DNA of 64,000 nt from positions 4,219-68,218 of the forward strand of contig CAZKVS010000003.1 of NCBI GenBank assembly GCA_964556325.1, written 5' to 3'. Below are positions 10,065-19,769 of the stretch, in pieces. Numbering within the stretch: position 1 is the stretch's first letter; each line of letters begins with the position of its first letter. The DNA comes from an uncultured Candidatus Saccharibacteria bacterium (lineage in GTDB: Bacteria; Patescibacteriota; Doudnabacteria; UBA920). Position numbers and translations under genes: made by a program. The notes below the pieces were generated by a model, which saw only the letters and a program-made list of their open reading frames with translations, was not told where the DNA came from and made no database searches.

Positions 10065-10659
10065 AGCTCTTATTTTCGATGTCAGCGGCGTACTCACATA
10101 CGCGCAATTCCCCCACGCATACGAGGTGTTTGCGCGTAAAATAAATTTACCGAGTGATTTAGTGGCAGACTACTTTAAAACTGACTTGGAAAAACAGTTA
10201 CTTGGCCAAAGTAACTTACATAACATATATGTAGGTTTATCGGAAAAAATTGAAGGAGTATCAGAAATAGCATTTACAGAAAAATGGGTAAGCACCATTG
10301 CTGAAATTACCACCATAAACGAAGAGCTGCTTACACAAATAGATACCTGGCGTAAAACGTACACCTGCGGAATACTGACTAACAACACAGAAGGCCGCGG
10401 TATTTTTGACGAATACATTCAGCTTCATGCTCACTTTGATTTTGTATTGGAGTCTTACAAGGAACATATTAAAAAACCCAATCCTGATTTTTTCAAACTA
10501 GGTTTACAGCACGCCAAGTGCGAGCCAAAAGAAGCTCTCTATGTGGACGACCAACAGCGCCACGTAGATGCTGCCATAAGTGTGGGCATGCACGGTATTG
10601 TATTTACGCACAATAGACAATTTAAACAAGATTTGATTCCGTACGGCATAACGGTATAA
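10057..10659 (+). CDS. HAD-family hydrolase
   Basis: MIKALIFDVSGVL (DxD nucleophile motif), ~200 aa. Confidence 0.7.
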   Translation: MIKALIFDVSGVLTYAQFPHAYEVFARKINLPSDLVADYFKTDLEKQLLGQSNLHNIYVGLSEKIEGVSEIAFTEKWVSTIAEITTINEELLTQIDTWRKTYTCGILTNNTEGRGIFDEYIQLHAHFDFVLESYKEHIKKPNPDFFKLGLQHAKCEPKEALYVDDQQRHVDAAISVGMHGIVFTHNRQFKQDLIPYGITV

Positions 10660-10663
10660 ACTC

Positions 10664-11035
10664 ATGCACACATTATTCAGCACTATTTTAAACACCCCTT
10701 GGACTCTAGCCGGCCTCCTCGTTGCTATTTTTTCCGTCCCCACGCATGTTAAAATTACCAATCACGCAATTATATGTAATGTAAAAAGTTTTTGGTGGCA
10801 GTTTGGGTACTTGAAAGGTGTACGAGCGGCAAACATTGGCCAGGTTGTCTTACTCGGTCCTAAACTAGACCCGCAAGATTTGACCCACGAACTAGTGCAT
10901 GTAGAACAATATATGCGCTATCCGTTTATATACCCCTTTCTTTACTACTACGAATTAGCTACGAAAGGGTATCGGAATAATAAATTTGAAAGCGAAGCCT
11001 ATACCCGAGCTGGGAATAGGTACGGGAAAATTTAA
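10664..11035 (+). CDS. hypothetical membrane-anchored protein with HExxH motif
   Basis: HELVHVEQY motif; N-terminal TM. Confidence 0.4.
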   Translation: MHTLFSTILNTPWTLAGLLVAIFSVPTHVKITNHAIICNVKSFWWQFGYLKGVRAANIGQVVLLGPKLDPQDLTHELVHVEQYMRYPFIYPFLYYYELATKGYRNNKFESEAYTRAGNRYGKI

Positions 11036-11058
11036 AACCGCACAGCGCGGTTTTTTTA
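11034..11058 (+). terminator. terminator hairpin ccgc-acagc-gcgg + T7
   Basis: short GC stem followed by ttttttt directly after stop. Confidence 0.5.
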
Positions 11059-11231
11059 GTTTAGCCAAACCTCTTTCAAAAGTCTCTCTCTGTCATTCCC
11101 GTGAAGACGGGAATCCAGTACCGCCTTTTGCGGTACAACTAAGCAATGCCCCCGTTATCGGCTGGTGGGCCGATATGGATCCCCGCCTGCGCGAGGACGA
11201 CAGAGTACGTATTGGTCTCTTTGAAAGAGCT

Positions 11232-12416
11232 TTAATGAATTATAGAGTCAACTTTATTTCGCTTAAAATACCAGGCAGCAAGTATAGTAGACAAAGGCAC
11301 GGCCACGATGAGCGCTATACTCCCCACGAGTGTACGTACAATTTCTTCAGCTATAAATTCACTGTTTAACGTAACCCAAAGGGGTTGATGACTGGTGAGC
11401 ACAATCAGCAAAAAAAGAGGAAAAAATGCACCGGCATACGCGAGCACCAAGGTATTAATAAGCGAGGCAATGTGCTCTCGGCCAATAGACATACCCTTTC
11501 GGTATAACTGGGTCAGCGTAAGCGCGGGGCTGGTATGGTGTAACTCATCTACCGCCGCAGTTTGTCCGGTGGTAACGTCATCCAGCACTCCTAAACAGCC
11601 AATAATTATGCCACCGAAAAGCAAACCTTGTAAGTTAAAAGCACCTAACGATCCCGCCTGCAACAAATACGCTTCTTCCGATCCGTTACCAAAGAGCCGT
11701 ACGCCGTGAATAGCAAGATATGCCAAACCCTGCGCCAGCCCAAGAGTAAGCAAGGTACTAATAACCGCTAAGCTCGTTCGCTCATTAAACCCATGCGCTA
11801 AAAACAACGAAACCACCGCAATTATAAACGCTCCCACCAAACTTATAACCACTGGGTTCTGCCCCGCTAATATGCTCGGAGCGATAAAATAAATGAGAAC
11901 AAATACACTAAACGCTAACCCCACAACAGACGTAACACCGCGCCAGCGCGCAAAATATACTGCGCATAGCAAAAAGACAAGAACCAATACACCCACATAC
12001 GGCAACCGATATAAGTCTACAATCACATACGGATTGTCATTATTATTACGCGCGTCAGACAGCTGCCCCACCACCACTGTATCCCCGACTTTCAATTTTT
12101 GTATAGCAGAAGTAGTCTGGTAGTCTACGCCTACTTCCTGCTTACTCATACTGCCATCCAAAAAACGAACCTGGAGCGTTTGCGTGTACAAACTAAAATG
12201 CTTGTTTACGGTACTATCTTCCTGGGCAATACTCACAACCCGGGCTTTACTGTATTCGCTTAACTGTGCCACACCCACTTCTGCAGCCTGTACATCAAAC
12301 CCAACCTGCTGAACTGTTTGTTTGCGCACCAAAACAAAAGCTGTGGTAAGCCCCAAAACTATAACCAAGATAAACAAATACATATACCATTTGCGCATGT
12401 ACTCAGTATGCAACAC
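11232..12416 (-). CDS. YibE/F-family membrane protein
   Basis: 394 aa; N-terminal TM + extracytoplasmic segment + polytopic C-terminal half characteristic of YibE/F. Confidence 0.55.
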   Translation of the reverse strand: MLHTEYMRKWYMYLFILVIVLGLTTAFVLVRKQTVQQVGFDVQAAEVGVAQLSEYSKARVVSIAQEDSTVNKHFSLYTQTLQVRFLDGSMSKQEVGVDYQTTSAIQKLKVGDTVVVGQLSDARNNNDNPYVIVDLYRLPYVGVLVLVFLLCAVYFARWRGVTSVVGLAFSVFVLIYFIAPSILAGQNPVVISLVGAFIIAVVSLFLAHGFNERTSLAVISTLLTLGLAQGLAYLAIHGVRLFGNGSEEAYLLQAGSLGAFNLQGLLFGGIIIGCLGVLDDVTTGQTAAVDELHHTSPALTLTQLYRKGMSIGREHIASLINTLVLAYAGAFFPLFLLIVLTSHQPLWVTLNSEFIAEEIVRTLVGSIALIVAVPLSTILAAWYFKRNKVDSIIH

Positions 12417-12462
12417 GTACTAGGGTAAGTAAAGACTCAATGCAACACACCTCACTCGGAAA

Positions 12463-13470
12463 TCATTTGACACTGATCTGTCTATATATTTCTTTTATTC
12501 TTTGAACTAAAATCTCGGAATCTTGTTGTGTAGGTATACTGATTCTTAATGCATCGTTAATCAATGGTTGGTCCGTTACCTGCACAAGAATACCCGCATT
12601 CTTCAAAAGTTTTTGCCACTCACCAATAGAACCATAGTGCGGTTTGATTAAAATAAAAAAAAGATTATGTCCAAATAGATCAAAAATGCCCAATTCGGCT
12701 AGACGGTCGTGCAAATACTTTCGCGCTACACGTAATTTACCCATACGGTTCAGTATGTGTTTTCTGTTATCCAAGGCGACTAGGCCTAAATGTTGTGCAA
12801 GAGAGTTGACGTTGTATGGCGGCTTAGCATCAATTACTTTTTTGATAACATCAGGTTGAGCTATCATGTACCCCAAACGCAAACCCGCCAACCCAGCCCA
12901 TTTACTGAAGCTTCTTATAACAATCAAGTTGCTATATGTACGAATAAGATTGGCATGCGTTACACCAGCCGATTCATAGTAAGCTTCGTCCAGTAGTACC
13001 AACTTTCCCAAAGAGAGCACTTGTATTAAATTTTCTCGGGAAATTATGTCTCCAGTTGGGTTATTAGGAGAGTCAATTACAATAAGATCTACAGCGTCAA
13101 GCGAAGAGGTCAAGACAGCCGCAAGGGGAAACGCATAAGTATCCACACTACGCACGACTTCCTGGCAAGATATGTGCCTCAAGCGAGCAAAGTGATAGTA
13201 CATATGAAATGTCGGCGGGCATATTAATATACTACGCCCGGGTGAGGTAAATAAGGAAAAAACAAGGTCAATAAGTTCATCAGCGCCGTTTCCACATGCA
13301 ATAAAAGAAGGTGCAAAACCTGTATATTCGGCAAGTCTGTCCCGTAGCGTAGTGGAAGCGGGATCGGGATACACACAGAACGGCAATCGGTGTAAGACCT
13401 CCCTGTCATATAAGTCGTCGACAAAGATATTTTGCGCTGTGTTCAGTTTTAATACGCTAGGTGTTTGCAT
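12463..13470 (-). CDS. class I/II PLP aminotransferase (HisC/CobD-like)
   Basis: IDSPNNPTG motif, SFSKWAGLAGLRLGY lysine motif. Confidence 0.75.
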   Translation of the reverse strand: MQTPSVLKLNTAQNIFVDDLYDREVLHRLPFCVYPDPASTTLRDRLAEYTGFAPSFIACGNGADELIDLVFSLFTSPGRSILICPPTFHMYYHFARLRHISCQEVVRSVDTYAFPLAAVLTSSLDAVDLIVIDSPNNPTGDIISRENLIQVLSLGKLVLLDEAYYESAGVTHANLIRTYSNLIVIRSFSKWAGLAGLRLGYMIAQPDVIKKVIDAKPPYNVNSLAQHLGLVALDNRKHILNRMGKLRVARKYLHDRLAELGIFDLFGHNLFFILIKPHYGSIGEWQKLLKNAGILVQVTDQPLINDALRISIPTQQDSEILVQRIKEIYRQISVK

Positions 13471-14473
13471 GTGTACATAGAATTACTGGCAGTGAGGGCA
13501 AAGTGGGGCCATCTTTATTCATGCGGACATGAACGAACTCCGGTCGCCTATGTGCCTGAGCATATTGCATACTGGACAAGATTTGAGTTGACCATTCGCC
13601 CGAAGTAGTAACAAAAACACATCCGGTGCCGACCCAGAACTGTACTATTGTTCCTTTAGCAGTAGCATAGTGTAAATAGTCACCATTACCTCGCCTGAAT
13701 ATAAGCGGAATACCATCCGTCATACAACTCGCAATATATGCTTTATCCGCCCGGAGAAATGCCATATCCCTTAGCAGCGAACGAGTTGATAACGCCCGCC
13801 TGTCCGATATAGACGCATGACTATCAGCCCAAAACCTATTTCTTTCAGATTTACGTAGCAAAACTTCTCGCTCTGCTTCAGACAACTTGTAAAAAGCATG
13901 AGTTACTTCGGGCACCAAAGAGTTAATTTCTGATTCTAGATGACCCACTGTACGAGAGGCGACCACATCTTCATACGAGATTTTTATAGGCAAGGACGCA
14001 AGACCCTTATTAAACCATGCAATATAGCTTAAAAAACGCTCCGCGTAGCTTCGCAGGCCTTCCGGCGGATAACCGTTAATATACTGTATAATTGGTCCGT
14101 CACTTCTATATACCAATTCCACACCTGGTGGATATGCGGCTGCAATGTGACACATTACCTCCGACATGTATCGTAAGTGAAAAAGTTCAGCCCAATCAGG
14201 ATATGGTGTGCTCGCAATACTCGACAGCTTATACCCACCGAACAAAGCCCAAAAGCGAAGGGGCTGGTTACCCTGCCAAATACGTGTTATGGCTGCGAGT
14301 AAGTCTCGTTTTGCCTGAATAGAGACGGGAGACTTTCTGAACCGTTTCGATAGCACCAATTGCAAAAGCTCAGCGGGACTCGAGACCGGAGCCTGCTTAC
14401 TAGCCACTTTTTCAAAGAAGGGCGTCAATGTGTTTAACGAAGTTAAATATGATACGCAGGCGTTATTCAGCAT
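13457..14473 (-). CDS. hypothetical protein (orphan, 338 aa)
   Basis: long ORF co-oriented and overlapping neighbours by a few codons; no recognisable motif. Confidence 0.5.
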   Translation of the reverse strand: MLNNACVSYLTSLNTLTPFFEKVASKQAPVSSPAELLQLVLSKRFRKSPVSIQAKRDLLAAITRIWQGNQPLRFWALFGGYKLSSIASTPYPDWAELFHLRYMSEVMCHIAAAYPPGVELVYRSDGPIIQYINGYPPEGLRSYAERFLSYIAWFNKGLASLPIKISYEDVVASRTVGHLESEINSLVPEVTHAFYKLSEAEREVLLRKSERNRFWADSHASISDRRALSTRSLLRDMAFLRADKAYIASCMTDGIPLIFRRGNGDYLHYATAKGTIVQFWVGTGCVFVTTSGEWSTQILSSMQYAQAHRRPEFVHVRMNKDGPTLPSLPVILCTHANT

Positions 14474-15761
14474 GGTGGTATGGCCTAGCCTTAACTTCCT
14501 CCAGATAATCCCGTTCTAAGTTCTCAGGATATGGCATATGATAATACACGCGAGCTTCATCCATTTGTCGTTTCACTTTATGCAAGTCAGCCTCCGCCAA
14601 AGAAATAACAAATCGCACCAGGTCTCTTAACTTCTTTCCATGAATAATAGCGGGGCGTACCCGAATACCTGCATACTTCAATAAATAGTAACTAAACAAC
14701 TCCCCTGCAGAAACATCTTTTGCGTATGTACAAAAACTGATTGGGGCAGGAACAAATAAATTAATACCGAAACCAGGAGTAGTAATAGGCCAGCCCAAAT
14801 CCCGCAGCATGCCTACACTCATGTGCATACGGTTTTCCAACTCTTTTTTAATCTCTGAAACAGACACATGCTCCAGCAATAACTTTGCGATATACTTGCT
14901 CGGAGTGGGAAAAATACATAAAGAATTATCTTGAAACTCCCTTACCGAAGCAGCCATATTGGGATGTGTAATACCGAACCCAAGTCGTAAACCGGGAGCA
15001 CCAAGTTCTTTTGACATATTGCATAAAACCATAACCTGAGTTCTCTCTTGTACGGCAATATCTCTCAATATAGTTAAAGGGTCAATAGTCTTTTTGTGCA
15101 CAGTAAACAAAGCATCGGCGTCATACAACAAAGTGACACTATACTTGTTTACCAACTTAACTAATTGGCCTATGTATTCTGAGGACAGACCGAGGCCGCG
15201 ATTATGGTTCAGGTAAATGAACGCAATATTACCCTGCTCTTGTAGTAAAATTTGCTCTAGGTCATCTAAAGCAAGCATGTCAGATTCGTCCTGACGTACT
15301 GTTCTCACTTCTTTTCCTTGAGATAAGAAACAGGCGACTTGGCCAGCATTCAAAACTTCAGGCACTAAAACCAACGACTCCTTCTTAAAAGTGCAAAAAG
15401 TAGTCAATGCATCATATACTCCACGAAATAAAACTACCTCATTCTTTTCTATCGCGATATGGAGCTTATCTTGCAAAAACGAAACGACTGAATGTTCGAC
15501 ATCAAAAGAACCCGATATATACCCCGGGTAAGCACTACAGGCTGATAACAGACTATCTAACGCCCGGGGGGCAAGCCGCAAGTGGTGTTGAGTTATATGC
15601 AAAGTATGCATATCACCAGCTGAACCGAAGTTCAGATATTGATCTGAACTCTTATAACGAGCTACCAGCAAATTATGCTCATGTTCGTGTCGTAATAGAT
15701 TATCTACCCGGGCAGAGAAACGTATCATAGAACTAATCCTTAAACACAAACTCAGGGTCAA
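14463..15761 (-). CDS. class I/II PLP aminotransferase with ~90-aa N-terminal extension
   Basis: CNMSKELGAPGLRLGFGITHP (SKxxxxPGxRxG) motif. Confidence 0.7.
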   Translation of the reverse strand: MTLSLCLRISSMIRFSARVDNLLRHEHEHNLLVARYKSSDQYLNFGSAGDMHTLHITQHHLRLAPRALDSLLSACSAYPGYISGSFDVEHSVVSFLQDKLHIAIEKNEVVLFRGVYDALTTFCTFKKESLVLVPEVLNAGQVACFLSQGKEVRTVRQDESDMLALDDLEQILLQEQGNIAFIYLNHNRGLGLSSEYIGQLVKLVNKYSVTLLYDADALFTVHKKTIDPLTILRDIAVQERTQVMVLCNMSKELGAPGLRLGFGITHPNMAASVREFQDNSLCIFPTPSKYIAKLLLEHVSVSEIKKELENRMHMSVGMLRDLGWPITTPGFGINLFVPAPISFCTYAKDVSAGELFSYYLLKYAGIRVRPAIIHGKKLRDLVRFVISLAEADLHKVKRQMDEARVYYHMPYPENLERDYLEEVKARPYHHAE

Positions 15762-16704
15762 TCTGCTGGCTCAAATCACCAAAAGCACTTACATTATGCG
15801 GCTTCTGTGAAATAATTTTATGCAATGCCTGCAATCTCTTAAGCTTCTTATTTTTATCAACTTTTATGGAACTCAAAACAAACTGTTGCACTTGATCGAA
15901 CATCTGCTGGATGGCTGGATATGACTTCACCTGGACTTCTAGCCCATCTCTCAACGATCTACGCAAATCTGGCAAATATGGCAAAGATGCAGCAATTGTA
16001 TCTCCATATTTTTGCAAATAAGCATGATCGGAATCAGTCTCAACCTTGTTTGCTATCGCCTTAATGCGATCTGCAATACCAAACTCCTGACCGAGCCGTA
16101 AGTAATCTTCCAATACGGAAGTACTTTCTACTGTTGGCTCTACCACCAAAAATAGCAAATCAAAGTGCGCATACATAGAAGTCGCAAACGCGTCTGCTCC
16201 GGCAGTCATATCAACTACAACATAATCATTACTGCCTTCATTCGTATGTGCAAGCAACGTTTCTGCAATTTCCATATTCACGTGATAACACCGAATTCCT
16301 AAATCGTATTGAATGGGTACCCCGACTTGCAGGAACGACAGCTTGTCTTTACGATATGCAATTTTATTTAATAGTTCATTTGATTCATCCAAGGTGACCA
16401 AGCGAGAACCCTTGCCGGGTGGGGTCGTGTTAATAATACTCTCCGGGCTTGTAATTCGTGGATTATCGCCTTGTACGTAAGTCTTAATAGCAGCAGACGC
16501 TGAGGAATCAGTGAGGCTACTGACCGAGTCTGTAATATGCAATAGTTTACTCAAATGCATATTTAAATCAGCATCAATGGCTAGTACACGACTACCCTGC
16601 TGTAAAGAATGCTTTATAAAAAGAGAGGCTATGGTGGACTTCCCACTTCCGCCTTTACCTACAAATGCAATTTTCATATTATCTATAATGCAAATTATTT
16701 GCAT
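15733..16704 (-). CDS. CooC/MinD/ParA-like P-loop ATPase (possible metallochaperone-type); likely true start at MKIAFVGKGG (~16677)
   Basis: KIAFVGKGGSGKSTIASL deviant Walker A, DADLNMHL, VVVDMTAGADAF. Confidence 0.65.
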   Translation of the reverse strand: MQIICIIDNMKIAFVGKGGSGKSTIASLFIKHSLQQGSRVLAIDADLNMHLSKLLHITDSVSSLTDSSASAAIKTYVQGDNPRITSPESIINTTPPGKGSRLVTLDESNELLNKIAYRKDKLSFLQVGVPIQYDLGIRCYHVNMEIAETLLAHTNEGSNDYVVVDMTAGADAFATSMYAHFDLLFLVVEPTVESTSVLEDYLRLGQEFGIADRIKAIANKVETDSDHAYLQKYGDTIAASLPYLPDLRRSLRDGLEVQVKSYPAIQQMFDQVQQFVLSSIKVDKNKKLKRLQALHKIISQKPHNVSAFGDLSQQIDPEFVFKD

Positions 16705-16705
16705 T
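16689..16705. promoter_or_regulatory. perfect 8-N-8 inverted repeat ATGCAAAT-t-ATTTGCAT (candidate Fur-family operator)
   Basis: read directly from sequence; lies in the divergent region between the ATPase gene and fur. Confidence 0.4.
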
Positions 16706-16740
16706 TATATTAACGCAACATAATCGCTTTTGTCAAATAG

Positions 16741-16769
16741 TTGCATATAACAGTTACACATGGTATAAT
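16741..16769 (+). promoter_or_regulatory. sigma70-like promoter TTGCAT-17-TATAAT ending 6 nt before fur ATG (leaderless?)
   Basis: TTGCAT 16741-16746, 17-nt spacer, TATAAT 16764-16769. Confidence 0.35.
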
Positions 16770-16775
16770 ACACAC

Positions 16776-17192
16776 ATGAGTGTACAGTTCATCCCTGAAA
16801 ACATACTCAAAGATGCTGGCTTCCGTGTAACTACAGGACGTGTAGCGGTTTTAGGCTTGCTGGCTGAGTCCCCTGCTCCCCTGGCCATTAAAGATATCTT
16901 GCACAAGATTAAGCACGTACGACTGGATCAAGCGACAGTCTATCGCATGCTCGATGCCATGCGGGAAAAAGGACTTGTTCAAATGGTGAACATGGAGCAC
17001 GACCATACTCACTGGGAGCTCACTAGTCACCATCACCATGCTATTTGCGAACAGTGCGGTAAGGTAATTGATATTTCTAAATGCGACCTACAAAAACTGG
17101 AAGCGGAGATAAAAAAAGTGAGCGGTTTTACCACCATACGCCGGCACTCTTTAGAGTTTTTTGGTCTCTGTAAGAGTTGCGGCAAAAAGTGA
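16776..17192 (+). CDS. fur: Fur-family metalloregulator (Fur/Zur/PerR)
   Basis: 138 aa; winged-helix N-terminus, HHHAICEQCGKVIDIS..CKSCGKK metal sites. Confidence 0.85.
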   Translation: MSVQFIPENILKDAGFRVTTGRVAVLGLLAESPAPLAIKDILHKIKHVRLDQATVYRMLDAMREKGLVQMVNMEHDHTHWELTSHHHHAICEQCGKVIDISKCDLQKLEAEIKKVSGFTTIRRHSLEFFGLCKSCGKK

Positions 17193-17243
17193 CTCGTTAT
17201 TAGTTTATCCGCTGACTGAATTCATATCCCTTTCATACGTGTT

Positions 17244-17429
17244 TTGTATCATTGCAATGTTAGATTTAAAGATATAAAAAATATGCTAGGAATACTTGCG
17301 TTAGTAGTGCTACTCTTTTGGATTGGCGGTTTCGCTTTCCATGTGCTGGGTGGATTTATCCATATATTCTTAGTTGTTGCTATTATTATGACAATTATGC
17401 ATTTTATCACGGGGAAAAAGGCCGTATAG
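17244..17429 (+). CDS. small two-TM membrane protein (hypothetical)
   Basis: 61 aa, strongly hydrophobic. Confidence 0.3.
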   Translation: MYHCNVRFKDIKNMLGILALVVLLFWIGGFAFHVLGGFIHIFLVVAIIMTIMHFITGKKAV

Positions 17430-17481
17430 CCACAAAAAATAATAAATCGCCGTGTGGCAATTTTTTTGTTAGACTAGTGTA

Positions 17482-18018
17482 ATGCCTTTAGATATAACAC
17501 TCTTTTATTTCTTTAACCATCTTCCACACACGAGCGTTCTCGATACTGTAGCTACGTGGATACACTACACTACCCGGTATGGTTTAATTTACTATCCTTT
17601 CCTTATTGCCTTACTTCTTTCAAAACAGAAACCAAAAGTAGTGCTCGGTAAACTCCTCGCTGTATCGGCTGCAGGCACATATATACTTACCGATCTTGTT
17701 CTTAAAAACATTGCACAGCGGCCTCGACCATTTCAAACGCTTATAGATGTCTTCTACCTCCCCCCTGCGCCGAGTAGTTACTCTTTTCCATCCGGCCAGG
17801 CAGCGGTGGCTTTTGCTCTCGCAACTACTATTTGGCTTCGGTATCCAAAATCAATACGTAGCTACAGTGCATATGCACTCGCCACACTCATAGCCATAGA
17901 CCGTATGTATATGGGCCATCACTATTTTTCCGATGTATTCGTCGGGGGGCTCATTGGTGCGCTCATAGCCTACATAACCAACTACTACTTTACTCACCAT
18001 AAAAAAACCTCTGCCTAG
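17482..18018 (+). CDS. PAP2-family phosphatase
   Basis: KNIAQRPRPF, PSGQ, DRMYMGHHYFSDV (KxxxxxxRP / PSG / SRxxxxxHxxxD motifs). Confidence 0.75.
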   Translation: MPLDITLFYFFNHLPHTSVLDTVATWIHYTTRYGLIYYPFLIALLLSKQKPKVVLGKLLAVSAAGTYILTDLVLKNIAQRPRPFQTLIDVFYLPPAPSSYSFPSGQAAVAFALATTIWLRYPKSIRSYSAYALATLIAIDRMYMGHHYFSDVFVGGLIGALIAYITNYYFTHHKKTSA

Positions 18019-18031
18019 GCAGAGGTTTTTA
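18001..18031. terminator. bidirectional terminator: perfect CCTCTGCCTAGGCAGAGG palindrome flanked by A7/T5
   Basis: between convergent PAP2 and multicopper oxidase genes, overlaps PAP2 stop. Confidence 0.65.
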
Positions 18032-18040
18032 ATTCGTACT

Positions 18041-19657
18041 TTACTGCACGCTAAAGTTAAACATCATCCCGCTTTCTAAATGCTCAGGTATGTGACAGTG
18101 CGCCATCCAGTCGCCCAGGTTAGACATATCAACCAAAAGATCTACAGTCGTACCGGCCGGAATAAGCACGGTGTCTTTCCAAGCCAAGTTAGTTTGTAAC
18201 TTGTCGTTCACGCTAGCTACCAAAAACCGCTGCCCGTGAAAATGGAACGGATGCTGCATAGGGTGCATGGAGTTCGCGTCGTTGGTAACTCGCACCTTTA
18301 CCATATCCCCTTTTTTAAACTGCCAATGAATATCCATATTACTTAAGTTGGTAGCCGTATCTACTACTTTCCAGGTAATTGTTTTAGAAGTAGAACCGGA
18401 GTTCATGGCGCCATGCTTATCTTCCCACTCAATACCGTCAGGACCCACCGGCGCCATGTTCATCATCATGCTATTGGACATAGCACTTCCATCCGACATA
18501 GTATGGGCGCCGCTCATACCACTCATGTTCATGGTATCACTCATACCACCCATAGCCACAGTCAGGTTTATAGTTTTATCGGGTGCCTTGTTCAAGCTGG
18601 TTCGAAACGGATCCATGCTTGCCACTACACTTTTGTGCGTATGAAGAATATCAAACTCTTTTTTGTAGGAAGCTGCTACTGGGTCACTGTTTACCGCTAC
18701 CTTACCCAAAATAACTGTCTCATCGGGCATACGGTTTTCTAAGTACGCTTGGCCCGCTTGCGCAAAATAAACATCTACAATTGCGCGTTCCGAAGGTCCA
18801 AGCGTCACCGTATCTACCATTTGCTCGCGTTCATATGCACCATTATCTGAACCCACCAGCTTGAGCTTTGCACCAGAAACACCAAACCGAAACACCCTAC
18901 TCCCGGCTGCATTGGTTATGTACATACGTACTACTTCACCGGCCTGAGCAGTGAGTATGTAGTCGCTACTTCCGTTTACCAACATTACGTTTCCATACCG
19001 GCCCATAAGTGCGTGGTCTACACTATCAGAAAAATACGGCGCCACCACGCCATTCTGCATGAGTATGTCATCAAGCACGAGCGGCACTTCCCTGTTTACC
19101 GGGGCGAACTCGTTTGCCTCTTTGGGCGCTACTATAAAGTTGCCATACAAACCCAAGTCCTGAGTGTAGTCTTCTCGCAAATGCGGATGGTACCAAAACA
19201 CTCCGCTGTCTGGAAAGGCAATTTTATAATCAAAACTTTCCCCCGGTTTTACTTCCGGCTGTGTTACGCCCGGCACGCCGTCAAAAGCGTTATTCAGGCG
19301 CACTCCGTGACTATGTATGGTGGTAGGAATATCAATTTTATTTGTAAAACGAATAGTGACCTCCGCACCCTGCGCAACTCGAATGGTCGGCCCCGGCACT
19401 GAGCCGTTGTAAGCCAACATGCGTACTTTGGTACCATTTATTTCTTTTACCACCGGCTCGGCAACCAAGTTATAGGTGTCACCATTTTTGAGCTCTGCTG
19501 TTTCCGTCTGCCTCGCTTCAGGGAGTCCTTGTACACTACTACTAAACTGTTTATCTGAAACAGACGATGCAGAATGATGTGTTTTATTTTGCGCATATAT
19601 CCATGCGCCACCTACCAGTACTATAACTGCTAATACTGACCCAATTTTCTTTGTCAT
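18041..19657 (-). CDS. multicopper oxidase (CueO/CopA-like) with Met-rich insert and N-terminal membrane anchor
   Basis: HPHLREDYTQDLGLYG, HCHIPEHLESGMMF copper sites; MGGMSDTMNMSGMSGAHTMSDGSAMSNSMMMNM. Confidence 0.8.
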   Translation of the reverse strand: MTKKIGSVLAVIVLVGGAWIYAQNKTHHSASSVSDKQFSSSVQGLPEARQTETAELKNGDTYNLVAEPVVKEINGTKVRMLAYNGSVPGPTIRVAQGAEVTIRFTNKIDIPTTIHSHGVRLNNAFDGVPGVTQPEVKPGESFDYKIAFPDSGVFWYHPHLREDYTQDLGLYGNFIVAPKEANEFAPVNREVPLVLDDILMQNGVVAPYFSDSVDHALMGRYGNVMLVNGSSDYILTAQAGEVVRMYITNAAGSRVFRFGVSGAKLKLVGSDNGAYEREQMVDTVTLGPSERAIVDVYFAQAGQAYLENRMPDETVILGKVAVNSDPVAASYKKEFDILHTHKSVVASMDPFRTSLNKAPDKTINLTVAMGGMSDTMNMSGMSGAHTMSDGSAMSNSMMMNMAPVGPDGIEWEDKHGAMNSGSTSKTITWKVVDTATNLSNMDIHWQFKKGDMVKVRVTNDANSMHPMQHPFHFHGQRFLVASVNDKLQTNLAWKDTVLIPAGTTVDLLVDMSNLGDWMAHCHIPEHLESGMMFNFSVQ

Positions 19658-19769
19658 ATATGTATATCGTTATGTTTTTAGTATGCCCGCAGAACGTACT
19701 CCTTGTAAAGTACTTACAACCAGAAACCTTACCTGCTATTATATACATATAAAACTAATCTTCATTTCC

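Noticed and set aside
10986-11369. 127-aa plus ORF crossing the GC-rich hairpin element and overlapping the YibE/F gene end
   Set aside because: It runs antisense into a well-supported gene and has no motif. The region is better explained as a structured non-coding element.
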